From positions 448,001 to 512,000 of the forward strand of contig CAVVMW010000021.1 in the NCBI GenBank assembly GCA_963749495.1: a stretch of DNA of 64,000 nt, in the 5' to 3' direction. The DNA comes from an uncultured bacterium. Lineage in GTDB: Bacteria > Verrucomicrobiota > Verrucomicrobiia > Limisphaerales > UBA8199. The stretch's first letter is position 1, and each line of letters opens with the position of its first letter. The position numbers and the translations under genes are program-made. Below are positions 19,856 through 34,144 of the stretch, piece by piece. Below the pieces are notes generated by a model, which was given only the letters and a program-made list of their open reading frames with translations, made no database searches and was not told where the DNA came from.

Positions 19856-22546
19856 CTAGGGCCCGGACACGCGGAAAAAGGTGCTCCGAGAGCCGGTGGG
19901 CTTGATGGCGGTGAATTGCCATTCCCCCGCGGGGGTCGAGGTATTGGTGATAACTCCAATCCAAGTGACGGGGGGCGCCAGGTTGGTGGCCATGTTCAGC
20001 ACATAACGAGCGCCCGGACTTCCCGTCCCGGTGAGGTCGAAGCTGCCGTCGGAATGTCGCTCCACGCCCTGGATGACAATGGGCGCTGAGGTCCCGCTCA
20101 CGGTCAGAGTCGCGATGCTGGTGGTGACGCTGGCCCAGGGGTTGCTGACAATGACCTGGTAACTGCCGGCATCGGCAGGGCCGGCATTGTTCAGGACGAG
20201 CGTCGGCGAGCCGGTGAGGAGGAGCTTGCGGACGCGGTTGTTGGCCGTGTCAGCCACATAAAGGCTGCCTGCCGGGTCGAGGGCGAGGCCGTCCGGGTTG
20301 TTGAGCCAGGCGTCCACGGCCTGGCCGCCGTCCCCGAAATAGCCGGCCACGCCCGTGCCCGCCACCGTGGCGATGATGCCGTTGGTGTTGACACAGCGGA
20401 CGCGGTTGTTGGCGGTGTCGGCGATGAACAGATTGCCGGCGGCATCGACAACGAGTCCGGCGGGATAGTTCAGAGCGGCACTCGTGGCGGCCCGGCCGTC
20501 GCCCGAAAAACCGAAGGAACCATTGCCTGCGACGGTGGTGATGATGCCGGAGGTGTCCACCTTGCGCACCACGGACTGGCCGTCAATGGAGATATAGAGA
20601 TTGCCGTTGGCGTCAACCGCCACCGCCTCAGGGGCGAATACCCGGGCGCTCGTCGCCAGGACGCCGTTGGCCAATGAACTGCCCCCGCCCGCCACGGTGG
20701 TGATGTTCCCATTGACATCTATCTTGCGGATGCAGTTGTTGCCGCGGTCGGCGATATAAAGATTGTTGGCGCCATCGCAGGCAAGGCCATCGGGAGCGGA
20801 CAGGAGGTTTAGGGTCGTGCCGGGGCCTGCCAGCGTATTGACGAGGCCATTGGCGTTCACCTTGAGGACCTGGTTGTAGTCCCAGTCAGAAAGGAAGAGG
20901 TTCCCGTTGGCGTCGATGGCCAGGGCGTATGGGCCGTCGATCTCTGTGTTGGTCGCCTGTCCGGCAAAGGTCGCCAGCGTCTCTCCCGCAATTCCGTTGC
21001 CCACGACCGTGGTGATGATGCCGTTGGTGTCCACCTTGCGCACGCAATGGTCGTTGTAGTCCGCAATGAAAAGATTCCCCAGAGCGTCGGCAGCCAGGCA
21101 CTTGGGCGCGCCCAGAAACCCGGCCGCCGCCGGGCCGCCGTCCCCGGAATAGAAGCCAAAACCGTTGCCGGCCACCGTCTGGATAATGCCGTTGGCGCCC
21201 ACCTTGCGTATGCGGTTGTTATCGGTGTCAGCGATATACACGTTGCCCGCCGCATCCAGGACCACGCCGCTGGGGTAATTGAGGTAGGCATGGGTAGCCT
21301 GGGCGCCGTCGCCGCCAAAGGCGGCCGGGCCCTTGCCGGCCACCAAGGTGCGCGTGCCTGAGCTGTCGGCGGCCACGACGGTGCTGTTGCCTATGCTTGC
21401 GTTGGCGACATAAATCAGCCCTGAAGGACCCAAGGCCAGTCCGCTGGGAGCCGAGAAGCCGTGCAGGACATTGCTAATGGCCCCGTTGGGCGCAACTTGC
21501 CACACCGTGCCATAATACCAGTCCGCGGCATAGAAATAGCCGGCCGCATCCACCGCCACCGAAGAACAGGCCTCCAGGAGGCAATTCGTGGCCATGAGAC
21601 CAACGGCCGGACTCGTGCTGCCGCCGCCCGCCACGGTGGTGATGACGCCCCTGGTGTCCACCTTGCGGACGAGCCCATACTCGAAATCCGTGATAAACAG
21701 TTGCCCCGAGCCGTCTACTGCCACGCTATGCGGCTCATAAACCCCGGCATTGGTGGCGGCGCCGCCGTCACCGAGATGGGTGTCGGCGCCGGTGCCCGCC
21801 ACAGTGGTGATGACGCCATTGGTATCCACTTTGCGGATGCGGTTGTTGAAGGTGTCGGCGATGAAGACATTGCCGGAGGCATCGACGGCCACGCCGTATG
21901 GCCTGGCGAGGCTGGCGTTGGTGGCGGGTCCGCCATCGCCGGAAAAGGCGGGGATGGCGCCATTGGGCGCGCCGTTGCCCACCCCGGCCACCGTGGTGAT
22001 AACGCCGTTAACGTCCACCTTATGAACCAGGTTGTTCAGCGTATCCGCGATATACAGATTCGTAGAAGCGTCCATGGCAATGCCGCCAGGATTGTAAAGC
22101 GCGGCGTTGGTGGCGCGCCCGCCGCTTTCCCACCCGCCGACAAAGGTGATGATGGGGACATTCTGGATATTGGTGCCATCGTGCAGCCATTGGTAAGTGA
22201 ACGGCGGCGTGCCGGAAACGGCCACGCTCAGGGTGGCGCTGCCGCCTGGCTGGGCTGCCTGGCCGACGGGCTGGCTGAGGATCGCGGGCGGAGAGTTCGT
22301 CCCCGGCGGGCTCGAGGTTTCGACCACAAAACCGAGGCTCCAGAAACCCGCGGTGATGGCATAATTGCCGCAGGTCACGGTGCCGCCCGCGTCCGGTTGT
22401 CCGATCGTGCCGGTCACTGAATAGTGGGCGCTGCTGCTCGTGCCGCTGCCACCGGAGAGCTTATGCCAGCTTATATTGTATTGGGCGGAAGCCGTTGCGG
22501 CGAATGCCACAACTGCGGAGGCCAACAGGGCGTGCGCCGGTTTCAT
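19856..22546 (-). CDS. Secreted NHL-repeat protein with N-terminal W-x-K-x-S-GG partner domain, split Ig domain and C-terminal domain
   Basis: Signal peptide; QYNISWHKLSGGSG...TIGQPDAG; many GDGG.A...GVAVDA.GN.YIADT.NNR.RKV repeats; ends TFFRVSGP. Confidence 0.88.
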   Translation of the reverse strand: MKPAHALLASAVVAFAATASAQYNISWHKLSGGSGTSSSAHYSVTGTIGQPDAGGTVTCGNYAITAGFWSLGFVVETSSPPGTNSPPAILSQPVGQAAQPGGSATLSVAVSGTPPFTYQWLHDGTNIQNVPIITFVGGWESGGRATNAALYNPGGIAMDASTNLYIADTLNNLVHKVDVNGVITTVAGVGNGAPNGAIPAFSGDGGPATNASLARPYGVAVDASGNVFIADTFNNRIRKVDTNGVITTVAGTGADTHLGDGGAATNAGVYEPHSVAVDGSGQLFITDFEYGLVRKVDTRGVITTVAGGGSTSPAVGLMATNCLLEACSSVAVDAAGYFYAADWYYGTVWQVAPNGAISNVLHGFSAPSGLALGPSGLIYVANASIGNSTVVAADSSGTRTLVAGKGPAAFGGDGAQATHAYLNYPSGVVLDAAGNVYIADTDNNRIRKVGANGIIQTVAGNGFGFYSGDGGPAAAGFLGAPKCLAADALGNLFIADYNDHCVRKVDTNGIITTVVGNGIAGETLATFAGQATNTEIDGPYALAIDANGNLFLSDWDYNQVLKVNANGLVNTLAGPGTTLNLLSAPDGLACDGANNLYIADRGNNCIRKIDVNGNITTVAGGGSSLANGVLATSARVFAPEAVAVDANGNLYISIDGQSVVRKVDTSGIITTVAGNGSFGFSGDGRAATSAALNYPAGLVVDAAGNLFIADTANNRVRCVNTNGIIATVAGTGVAGYFGDGGQAVDAWLNNPDGLALDPAGSLYVADTANNRVRKLLLTGSPTLVLNNAGPADAGSYQVIVSNPWASVTTSIATLTVSGTSAPIVIQGVERHSDGSFDLTGTGSPGARYVLNMATNLAPPVTWIGVITNTSTPAGEWQFTAIKPTGSRSTFFRVSGP

Positions 22547-22578
22547 AGGATTTGAGTGGTTTGAAGCCAGCCCGGAGC

Positions 22579-24536
22579 CTAGGGCACGATGACCAGGACG
22601 TTGAACTGGAATCCGCCACCAGAGAGCTTGAATCCTGAGCCGAAATTACCCACCTTCCTTCGAACGGATCGTAAGAGACGCCTGTTGGGTGGTTGAACGT
22701 GCATTGGTCCGGACTACCAGTCCAAAGTCCATTGAAGGTGATGAACAGAATAGCATTCGGGTTGCCATTGCAAATGGGATTATCAATCACGGCGTTCGCA
22801 CCACCAGCCTCGTCTCGTGTGACAATGTGAGTGAACGCGGCGGTCGGGGTGTCGAAGCCAGCGCCGCTGAGCTTGATTGCGCCTTGGGAGATTTCCAACG
22901 CGGGCGCCGCGGCGTTGGTGGTTTTCAGGGTCAACAGGCCCATGCCGGGCGCCCCCCCCCAATTCCCATCCGGCCATTGACCGTGAGGTTGCTGTTGACC
23001 GTGACACTGCCGGTGCGGTCCCACTGGAGGACGACCAGGTCCGGACTCGGGGTCCCCAGTGCGCCGCCGCTCCAGCCATACAGAAATGGGCCGTCGACCG
23101 TGGCCCCGGCGATTGTGTGACGATAACCCAAGGCGTGATTCATGTCGGTGCCAGCGCGGAAGTAGATCGCATAGTCGTCGATCCGGCTGTCGCCGTTGAT
23201 CTCCAGGGGCAAGCTGGGGGTGGTCGTGCCGATGCCGACGTTGCCGTGTTGGGCGATGGTCATGCGTTTGGCGTAATCCGTGTAGAAATTCAGGCCGTAA
23301 GAATCGACATTGGTGCCGGTGCGATCGGAGCCGATGCCTTCGCCGGTATGGCCATAGGCGGCGCCAAAGACCACGGCGTTGGAGTGGACGTTCCCGATGT
23401 TCTGGCCCGTTTGGTCAATGTCCAAGCCGGCGTTAACGGAGAGGTTGTTGTTGACATGGGCGCTGCCCGTCGTGTCCCACTGCAAGGCGATCGCCTCCCC
23501 CCTTGGTCCCCAGGGCGCCGCCACTGAAGCCAAAGAGCCACGGGCCGTTGACCGTAGTCCCGGCGATAGCGTCGTGATAGCCCAACCCGTGGTTGTAGTC
23601 ACCGGGACCGCGGAAGTACAGATCATTGTCATCGAGGCGGGTGGTGCCATTGATTTCCAGGGCTTCGGTTGGGTTGGGGGTGCCGATGCCCACGCTGCCG
23701 AAGGACACGCTGGGTTCGCCGTTCGTGAGAACGGCGGCGGGGATATTCGCCAGGGGCACCACCCCGGCCAACTGGCTGGCCGGCAGCACCCCCAGCAGAT
23801 TGCTGGCGGACTGGGCAACGGTGGCCGTGCCGGCAACCACCGCTTGTGGCACGGGCGTCAGGCTCTGCGCCGGAGTCAGCGCGGCGAAGCCCTGCGCGCC
23901 GTCGTTGAACCAGAGCTGCAACGCCAGCGTCGGCTGCGTGAGAACCGACACGGGGATGGCCGTCATGTTGGAAAGGTTGGTGTCGCCCAAAACCACGGTG
24001 AACAGGCCGTCGCTGACGCTTACGCTCAGGGCAGCCGCCGGTTCGCCGCTGCTCGTGCCGTCGTTGCTCCATATCGTTTGGTTGACGTAATGCGCCGGCG
24101 GCGGGGCAATTGTCACTATGGGTGGCACCCAATAGCCGCTGCCCCCGCCGGTAAGGGTGATGGCCGTTACGACCCCGCCGCTGACGGTCGCCACAGCAGT
24201 CGCCGTCGCGCCACCGCCTTGGGGAGGAGAAACGGTTACGGTCGGCGGGCTGACATAGCCGCCACCCGCATCAACGACAACAATTTCCGTGACCGAAAAG
24301 TCCTGAGGCGCGCCCGCCATAACGGCGACCCCGATGGCCTGGCTGCTCGTGTTCGTCGGCGTGAGCAGGGCAAACTTGAATTGGCCCGTGCCCGTAAAAT
24401 TCGTGCCGTTGTCCGTGACCCTGCCCTGGTAGGTGAACGCCGGGCGGCAGGTGAACGCCGTGCCTTGGGCCGCGGCGTGGTTGATGCTGGCGAGCATCGC
24501 CAGCGCGAAGAGCAAACAATGGTGGCCTTTTTTCAT
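22579..24536 (-). CDS. Secreted fibre/adhesin-like protein (FTYQG N-domain, VGIGT repeats); about three frameshifts (near 23500, 22955, 22615)
   Basis: Pieces of ORFs 23433..24596, 22931..23836 and 22461..23024 join into a paralogue of 25167..26935; ends FNVLVIVP*. Confidence 0.7.
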
Positions 24537-24696
24537 GGTTTTGATAATAGTTGTTTTTTCAATCACGGTTCCTGCCGGTTTCGCCCGGGCACGCATCGGT
24601 TCTCATTAAACTGAGGCCGCCGTTCCCTTCGGGCCGGAGCCTGCCCCGAGAAGCGCGGACGCCCTCGTCGGCGCTCCCAGGGCGCGACGTCACCGA

Positions 24697-25140
24697 TTAC
24701 GGTTGAGACAAGCGGAAAAAGAGGTTTCCGGCGGGCGCGGTGATGGTGATGCTGTTGGTGCCATTGGCTGTCGTGAGAGGGTAACTGCTGGCCGCCCAGT
24801 TGGGGGCGGCGAGGGCCGACTTCTGCTGCAAGCTCCAGCCGGAGACATTTTGCCAGGACACAGTTAGGGCGGTGCCGGCCCGGCTGATGCGGAGCGTCGG
24901 CGCGCCGGGTGATTGCACCACGGCCGTGAGGCCCCAGAAACCGCCGCCCAGGCAGAAGCGGCCGCCGGTCATGGCCGGGGCGGCATCATGCTGGCCAATG
25001 GTGGCGCTCAGGGAAAAGCGGCCGCCGCTGCTCGACCCGCCGCCGCCGGAGACCTTATACCAATCCAGCGCATACTGGGCGGTGGCGGTCGCGGCCAGCG
25101 ACCCGAGCCAGAGGCACAAAATGAATTTCGCGGCTTTCAT
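24697..25140 (-). CDS. Small secreted partner protein (DW-GGGG domain plus C-terminal domain)
   Basis: Signal peptide; QYALDWYKVSGGGG...TIGQHDA...GGFW; ends NLFFRLSQP. Confidence 0.85.
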   Translation of the reverse strand: MKAAKFILCLWLGSLAATATAQYALDWYKVSGGGGSSSGGRFSLSATIGQHDAAPAMTGGRFCLGGGFWGLTAVVQSPGAPTLRISRAGTALTVSWQNVSGWSLQQKSALAAPNWAASSYPLTTANGTNSITITAPAGNLFFRLSQP

Positions 25141-25166
25141 AAGGAAATCCTCGTAGTTTCAGTGAA

Positions 25167-26935
25167 TCATGGGACTTGGGGCAGGATGACCAGGACGTTG
25201 AACGCCTGGCCCACGACCAGATCGGTCACGGTTTCGTCATAAATATACCAGTGCGGGTCCGAGCTGCCGCCATACGCTACCCCAAGGGGGTGCGTGAAAT
25301 CATAGCCGCTAGTGTCTTGTGACCAATTGTGGGTAATAATTAAGATGGCGTTTGGCTGGCCATTGCAGACCGGGTTGTCGATCTGGCTCTGATACCGAGC
25401 TCCGCCTGCGTTTATGCTGAACGCCGTTACCCGGTGAACGAACGCGGTGGTCTTGGTGTTGACGCCGGCCCCGGGGACCACGAGAGCGGCCCCGATCGAC
25501 AGGTTGCTGTTGACCGTGACACTGCCGGTGCGGTCCCACCGGAGGGCGACCAGGTCCGGACTCGGGGTCCCCAGCGCGCCGCCGCTCCAGCCATACAGAA
25601 ATGGGCCGTCGACCGTGGTCCCGGCGATTGTGTGACGATAACCCAAGGCGTGGTGCATGTCGGTGCCAGCGCGGAAGTAGATCGCATAGTCGTCGATCCG
25701 GCTGTCGCCGTTGATTTCCAGGGGCAAGCTGGGGGTGGTCGTGCCGATGCCCACGTTGCCGTCTTGGGCGATGGTCATGCGTTTGGCGTAATCCGTGTAG
25801 AAATTCAGGCCGTAGGAATCGACATTGGTGCCGGTGCGATCGGAGCCGATGCCTTCGCCGCTGGTCGAGCCAAACGTCAAGGCGTTGGCCACGGTGCCGT
25901 AGTTCTGACTGGCTTGGTCGAGGTTCAGGCCGCCGTTGAGGCTCAGGAGCTGTTGGGGGGCCGTGGTGCCGATGCCGACGTTGCCGTCATGGGCGATGGT
26001 CATCCGATTCTCCCAGTTGGTGAAGAACTCGAAATCGTCGGTGTTGCCGCCGCGGTTGGAGGCGATGCCCTCGCCGGTGTGGCCATAGGCGGCGCCAAAG
26101 ACCACGGCGTTGGATTGGACGTTCCCGATGTTCTGGCCCGTTTGGTTGATGTCCAAGCCGGCGTTAACCGAGAGGTTGTTGTTGACATAGGCGCTGCCCG
26201 TCCAGTCCCACCGCAAGGCGACCGCGTCCGGAAACGGGGTTCCCAGCGCGCCGCCACTCCAGCCATAGAGGAACGGGCCGTTGACCTTGGTCCCGGCGAT
26301 AATGTTGCGATAGCCCAACCCGTGGTTGTAGTCACCGGGACTGCGGAAGAAGATATCATAGTTATCGAGGCGGGTGGTGCCATTGATTTCCAGGGTCTCG
26401 GTTGGGTTGTTGGTGCCGATGCCCACGCTGCCGAAGGACACGCTGGGTTCGTCGTTCGTGAGGACGGCGGCGGGGATATTCGCCAGGGGCACCGCTCCGG
26501 CCAACTGGCCGGCCGGCAGCGTGCCCGACAGATTGCTCGCCGTGTTGGCGAACATGGCGTAGGGCGTGGGCAATAGCGCCTGGAGCGGTGCGAGCGTGGT
26601 GTAACTGCTCTCGCCATTGGTGCGCACGTCCACCTCCAGCCAGTAATTGCTCCCAGTGAAGAGGGGCCCAAGTCAACGGCCGTGAGGAACTGGCCGTTGG
26701 TGACCCCGACGGCGTTGGTGGAGAAGGGCTGGCCCGCGTAGTTGTTGCCGAGCGGATCGCAGGCCAGCCGGAAGCGGAAGTCGTAACTGCCGTTGGCCGG
26801 ATTGGTCCCGTCAGTGAGTTGCCCTTGATACGTGAACGCCGTGCCTTGGGCCCGGGCGGATGAGGGGGCCGCCATCAACGCGCCCAGCGCCAGCAGGGCC
26901 GGCGCGACGAGTAAACGAGCGAGTTTTTCTTTCAT
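25167..26935 (-). CDS. Secreted fibre/adhesin-like protein (FTYQG N-domain, VGIGT repeats); frameshift near 26660
   Basis: MKEKLARLL... signal, [12 protein letters not shown]...YDFRFRL joined to ORF 25167..26633; ends [11 protein letters not shown]. Confidence 0.75.
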
Positions 26936-26996
26936 GGATACAAGGTTGTTCGTGAGCATTTCATTTCCGTGGGCGAGGCACTCGTCCACCATCTCT

Positions 26997-27074
26997 CAAT
27001 GCGAGATTTCGGGGAGAATGAGGGGGAATTATTTTTTTTCAAACCCCCCCGATCCGCCCGGAAATTGCGCATTG
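26997..27074. promoter_or_regulatory. Back-to-back divergent copies of a 30-bp motif CCCCC-N18-CGCATTG (candidate ECF promoters)
   Basis: Minus strand 26997-27026 CCCCCTCATTCTCCCCGAAATCTCGCATTG; plus strand 27045-27074 CCCCCCGATCCGCCCGGAAATTGCGCATTG; 23/30 identical; each precedes a start codon. Confidence 0.55.
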
Positions 27075-27123
27075 TTAAATGCTGGCCGGACCGGACCGCG
27101 AGACCTAGACTGGCAGTCAACCT

Positions 27124-31100
<3,977 letters not shown>

Positions 31101-31267
31101 ATCAAAGCGCCTCGCGGTCGCGGCAGCGTGCCGGACGGCACAGTCCCGGTGGTTGTCCCCGCATCCTCGGGTCGAAGCAAGGCTGCGCCGTGTTCGTCGG
31201 TATCACGGTATTCAGCCAGCGAGGCAACTAACGAGCACCAACTTTCTGGCTAGGTCGCAAGTCGCGA

Positions 31268-31321
31268 GATCTGATACTGCGATCTGATACTACTTGGCTG
31301 TTTTGGGGGCCTTTTGGGGGC
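31268..31321. repeat. Two pairs of short direct repeats (GATCTGATACT x2; TTTTGGGGGC x2)
   Basis: 31268-31278 / 31281-31291 and 31301-31310 / 31312-31321. Confidence 0.6.
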
Positions 31322-31535
31322 TAAATGAGTCCCGGAATCGATCCGCGAAAAACGTCGCACCTTGTTGTGGTGCGAACCATCAGGGATGTACTTCGCCTAA
31401 AGCGGCACGAGCGGCAAGCTGATTCGTCCTCTCATCCCGCACTCGGTCAAAATTACCCGGCCCCGCGAACCCTCCGCCACGGATCAACTCGCGGCCGGTC
31501 TATTGAGAACACCACGAGGTGTTTCGCAGCGTTGC

Positions 31536-32153
31536 ATGATTCGGTTGCGCCACCTGCGGGCGGCTGGCATTATCACCTCCATCAGCGACGTCACGCAACT
31601 TCTCGAAGCCGCGGGGCAGGGCGACCCCAAAGCCGCCGACCAACTGCTGCCGTTGGTCTATGAAGAACTGCGCAAGCTGGCGGCGGCCAGAATGGCCAAT
31701 GAGGCCGCCGGCCATACCTTGCAGCCGACGGCTTTGGTCCACGAGGCCTGGCTGCGGCTGGCGGGCACACAAAAGCAGGCCTGGGAAGGCCGCGCCCACT
31801 TCTTCGCCGCCGCCGCCCAGGCCATGCGGCGCATCCTGATCAACAGGGCCCGCCGCCGGCGGGCCGCGCGCCACGGCGGCGGGCAGCAGCGGGTGGACTT
31901 CGACGAGGTGGACCTGGCGTCCCCGGCTCCCGACAACCAACTCCTGGCCGTGGACGAAGCCCTCGACAAGCTGGCGGCCCAACACCCGCGCCCGGCTCAA
32001 ATCGTCAAACTGCGCTACTTCGTGGGCATGACCCTTCCCGAGGCTGCCCAGGCCCTCGGCATTTCCGCCGACACCGCCAAAGACGACTCCGCCTTCGCCC
32101 GCGCCTGGCTCTTCCGCGAACTCACCACCGCCAGGCGGCAGGCGGCTCAATGA
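31536..32153 (+). CDS. ECF sigma factor (TIGR02999-like, kinase-associated)
   Basis: DVTQLL..GDPKAADQLLPLVYEELRKLA, TLQPTALVHEAWLRL, AMRRIL, VKLRYFVG, ARAWL; start uncertain. Confidence 0.9.
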   Translation: MIRLRHLRAAGIITSISDVTQLLEAAGQGDPKAADQLLPLVYEELRKLAAARMANEAAGHTLQPTALVHEAWLRLAGTQKQAWEGRAHFFAAAAQAMRRILINRARRRRAARHGGGQQRVDFDEVDLASPAPDNQLLAVDEALDKLAAQHPRPAQIVKLRYFVGMTLPEAAQALGISADTAKDDSAFARAWLFRELTTARRQAAQ

Positions 32154-32159
32154 CCCGGC

Positions 32160-32300
32160 CTATGGTCCCGTCAGGCGGAAGAACAGTTGTCCCGCCGTCG
32201 GGGCGATGGTGAGGCTGTTCCTGCCATTAGCAGTAATCATTCCGGGGGCGGGGGACCAGCCGCCGGCGGCGGCCAGGCCGGCCTTTTGCTTCAAAGTCCA
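32160..32300 (-). pseudogene. Orphan C-terminal-domain remnant similar to the end of 24697..25140
   Basis: WTLKQKAGLAAAGGW...TANGRNSLTIAPTAGQLFFRLTGP versus WSLQQKSALAAPNW...TANGTNSITITAPAGNLFFRLSQP. Confidence 0.65.
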
Positions 32301-32538
32301 CGGCCTCGCCAGAGGTGCCGCGAATCCGGGGCACCAGGAGGGCGGCATGGCCTCGGTGTCAAGGGCTTGGTCACCACCCGCCGGGCCATCGGCGCTGAGG
32401 CGAGTAGCCAGGCGGCCGCGGCGGCGGCGTCGAGCCGAGCCAGCGGGCGGCCAGCGGTCTGCAACGAGCGGGCAACGAAGCTGGACGGCAAAAGACCAAG
32501 GCAGGTTGCCACCTTTATTTCTTGACGGCTCCTAAGCC

Positions 32539-33672
32539 TCACACCGCGCGCTCGTAGATGCGGTAGGTCTTGTAAACGCGTCCCCCGATGGCCTCGATGA
32601 TGCGGCGCATCATGACGTTGTCTTCGAGGATCCAGGAGGCCTCCGACTCCCGCACGCCCAGATCGAAGCCGACCTGAAGGCCCTCGATGAGCAGGGCCGA
32701 TTCCAGGCCCCTGCCGCGGAACGCGTCCTTGATCCCCAGGGTGAGCACGCGCGTGCGGGGAGGGCATTTCCAGCCCAGCAGGTAGGGAATGAAGCCGAGC
32801 AATCTGGGAGTGAGCAACCGGCCCTGCAACGGCTTGAGGGCGAGGTTGTAATCCGGCAGCGCCAGCAGAAAGCCCACCGGCTCGGCGCCCGATTCCGCCA
32901 GCCAGATCAGCCCCTCGGTCAGGAGCGGTTTCAGGCGGGCGGCCAGAAAGTCCATCTCCCCGTCGGTCATCGGCACAAACCCCCAGTTGGTCTGCCAGGC
33001 TGCGTTATAGACCTCCTTGATCCTGGGCAAGTCCCGGGCGAGGGATTTGCGGGTAACGGCGCGGAACGCCAGGCCGGGGCAGCGCTGCTTGACCTTGCCT
33101 GCGATGCGCCGCAGCCGGCCCATGGGCAGGGTCAACAAATCAATATTGAAGGCCAGCAGGTCTTTGGCTTTGCGGAAACCCTCGGCGTGGACCAAATCCA
33201 TGTAATAACGCGGATTGTAAGGCATCATGAAGACCGGCGAGGAATCGAAGCCCTCCACCAGCAACCCGCACTCGTCGTTGGTGGTCGGGTTCATCGGCCC
33301 CAGCAGGCGCGCCTGCTCGGCCTGGCGGGCCCAGAGCCGGACCGCCTCGAAAAGGCGGCCACTCACCGCCGGGTCATCAACCGACTCGAAGAACCCGAAG
33401 AAGGCGGCCGGTTCTTTGGCGGAGCGGTTGTAGCTGTGATCCACCAACGCGGCGATGCGGCCGGCATCGCGCCCGTCCCGGCGCGCCACCCAAAGCTGCA
33501 TCGTCGCGTGCTCGAAGAGCGGGTTGGAATCCAGGAACACCTTCTTCAGATCCATCAGCAGCGGCGCCACCCAATACGCATCGTCCCGGTAAATGCCGTA
33601 GCTCACCTTCAGAAAACGCATCACGTCCCGCGCGCTTCGGGACAACGCAACCACTTCAATGTCGTTGGTCAT
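32539..33672 (-). CDS. GNAT-family N-acetyltransferase (YghO-like)
   Basis: GRIAA, FFGFFE, GPMNPTTNDECGLLVEGF, MMPYNPRYY, NWGFVPMT, SWILEDN; start at MTNDIEV chosen. Confidence 0.8.
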   Translation of the reverse strand: MTNDIEVVALSRSARDVMRFLKVSYGIYRDDAYWVAPLLMDLKKVFLDSNPLFEHATMQLWVARRDGRDAGRIAALVDHSYNRSAKEPAAFFGFFESVDDPAVSGRLFEAVRLWARQAEQARLLGPMNPTTNDECGLLVEGFDSSPVFMMPYNPRYYMDLVHAEGFRKAKDLLAFNIDLLTLPMGRLRRIAGKVKQRCPGLAFRAVTRKSLARDLPRIKEVYNAAWQTNWGFVPMTDGEMDFLAARLKPLLTEGLIWLAESGAEPVGFLLALPDYNLALKPLQGRLLTPRLLGFIPYLLGWKCPPRTRVLTLGIKDAFRGRGLESALLIEGLQVGFDLGVRESEASWILEDNVMMRRIIEAIGGRVYKTYRIYERAV

Positions 33673-33777
33673 TCGATGGCGCGAGCTTACCCGTTCCCGG
33701 GCAGAAGACAATCCTGTACCGAGCCGCCCCTCAGCCAATGGGCGTGAGACAGAATTCTTCGGCTCGGACGGTATCTG

Positions 33778-33981
33778 TCACCGCGGAGCGGTGCCTGACG
33801 GTAGCCGTGGACTTTCAGTCCACGGGCTCCCCGGCCAGACCCCACGTGCGTCGCGTAGCAACGCCTGATGCCTGGAGCGCGTGGGCATGTCGGGCGTCGC
33901 TACGCAACGCGCTGCCATTCCCATGCCCTGAACCGTGGACCGAGGTCCACGGCTACCTTCGGGTCATCGCTACGCGATGAG
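33778..33981. repeat. REP-like family B copy 1
   Basis: CACCGCGGAGCGGTG, GGTAGCCGTGG...CCACGG, CGTCGCGTAGC / CGTCGCTACGC, CATCGCTACGCGATG. Confidence 0.8.
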
Positions 33982-34144
33982 CCGAATCAGAGCAGTGCCT
34001 AGCCTTCTAGAGATAATATCCTTCCGCCGCCCTCGCGAATCATATGGCGCGAAGAATTCTGTCTCACACCCAGCCCCGGGGCCAACCGCCGATTCTGCTC
34101 GCCAGGGGCAATCCAATGCCTATGATCGAGCAGACCGTTGAGCC

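Noticed and set aside
22985..26515. Near-identical paralogue segments as DGR template and variable repeats
   Set aside because: Both copies are coding, the differences do not appear adenine-specific, and there is no RT gene in the window
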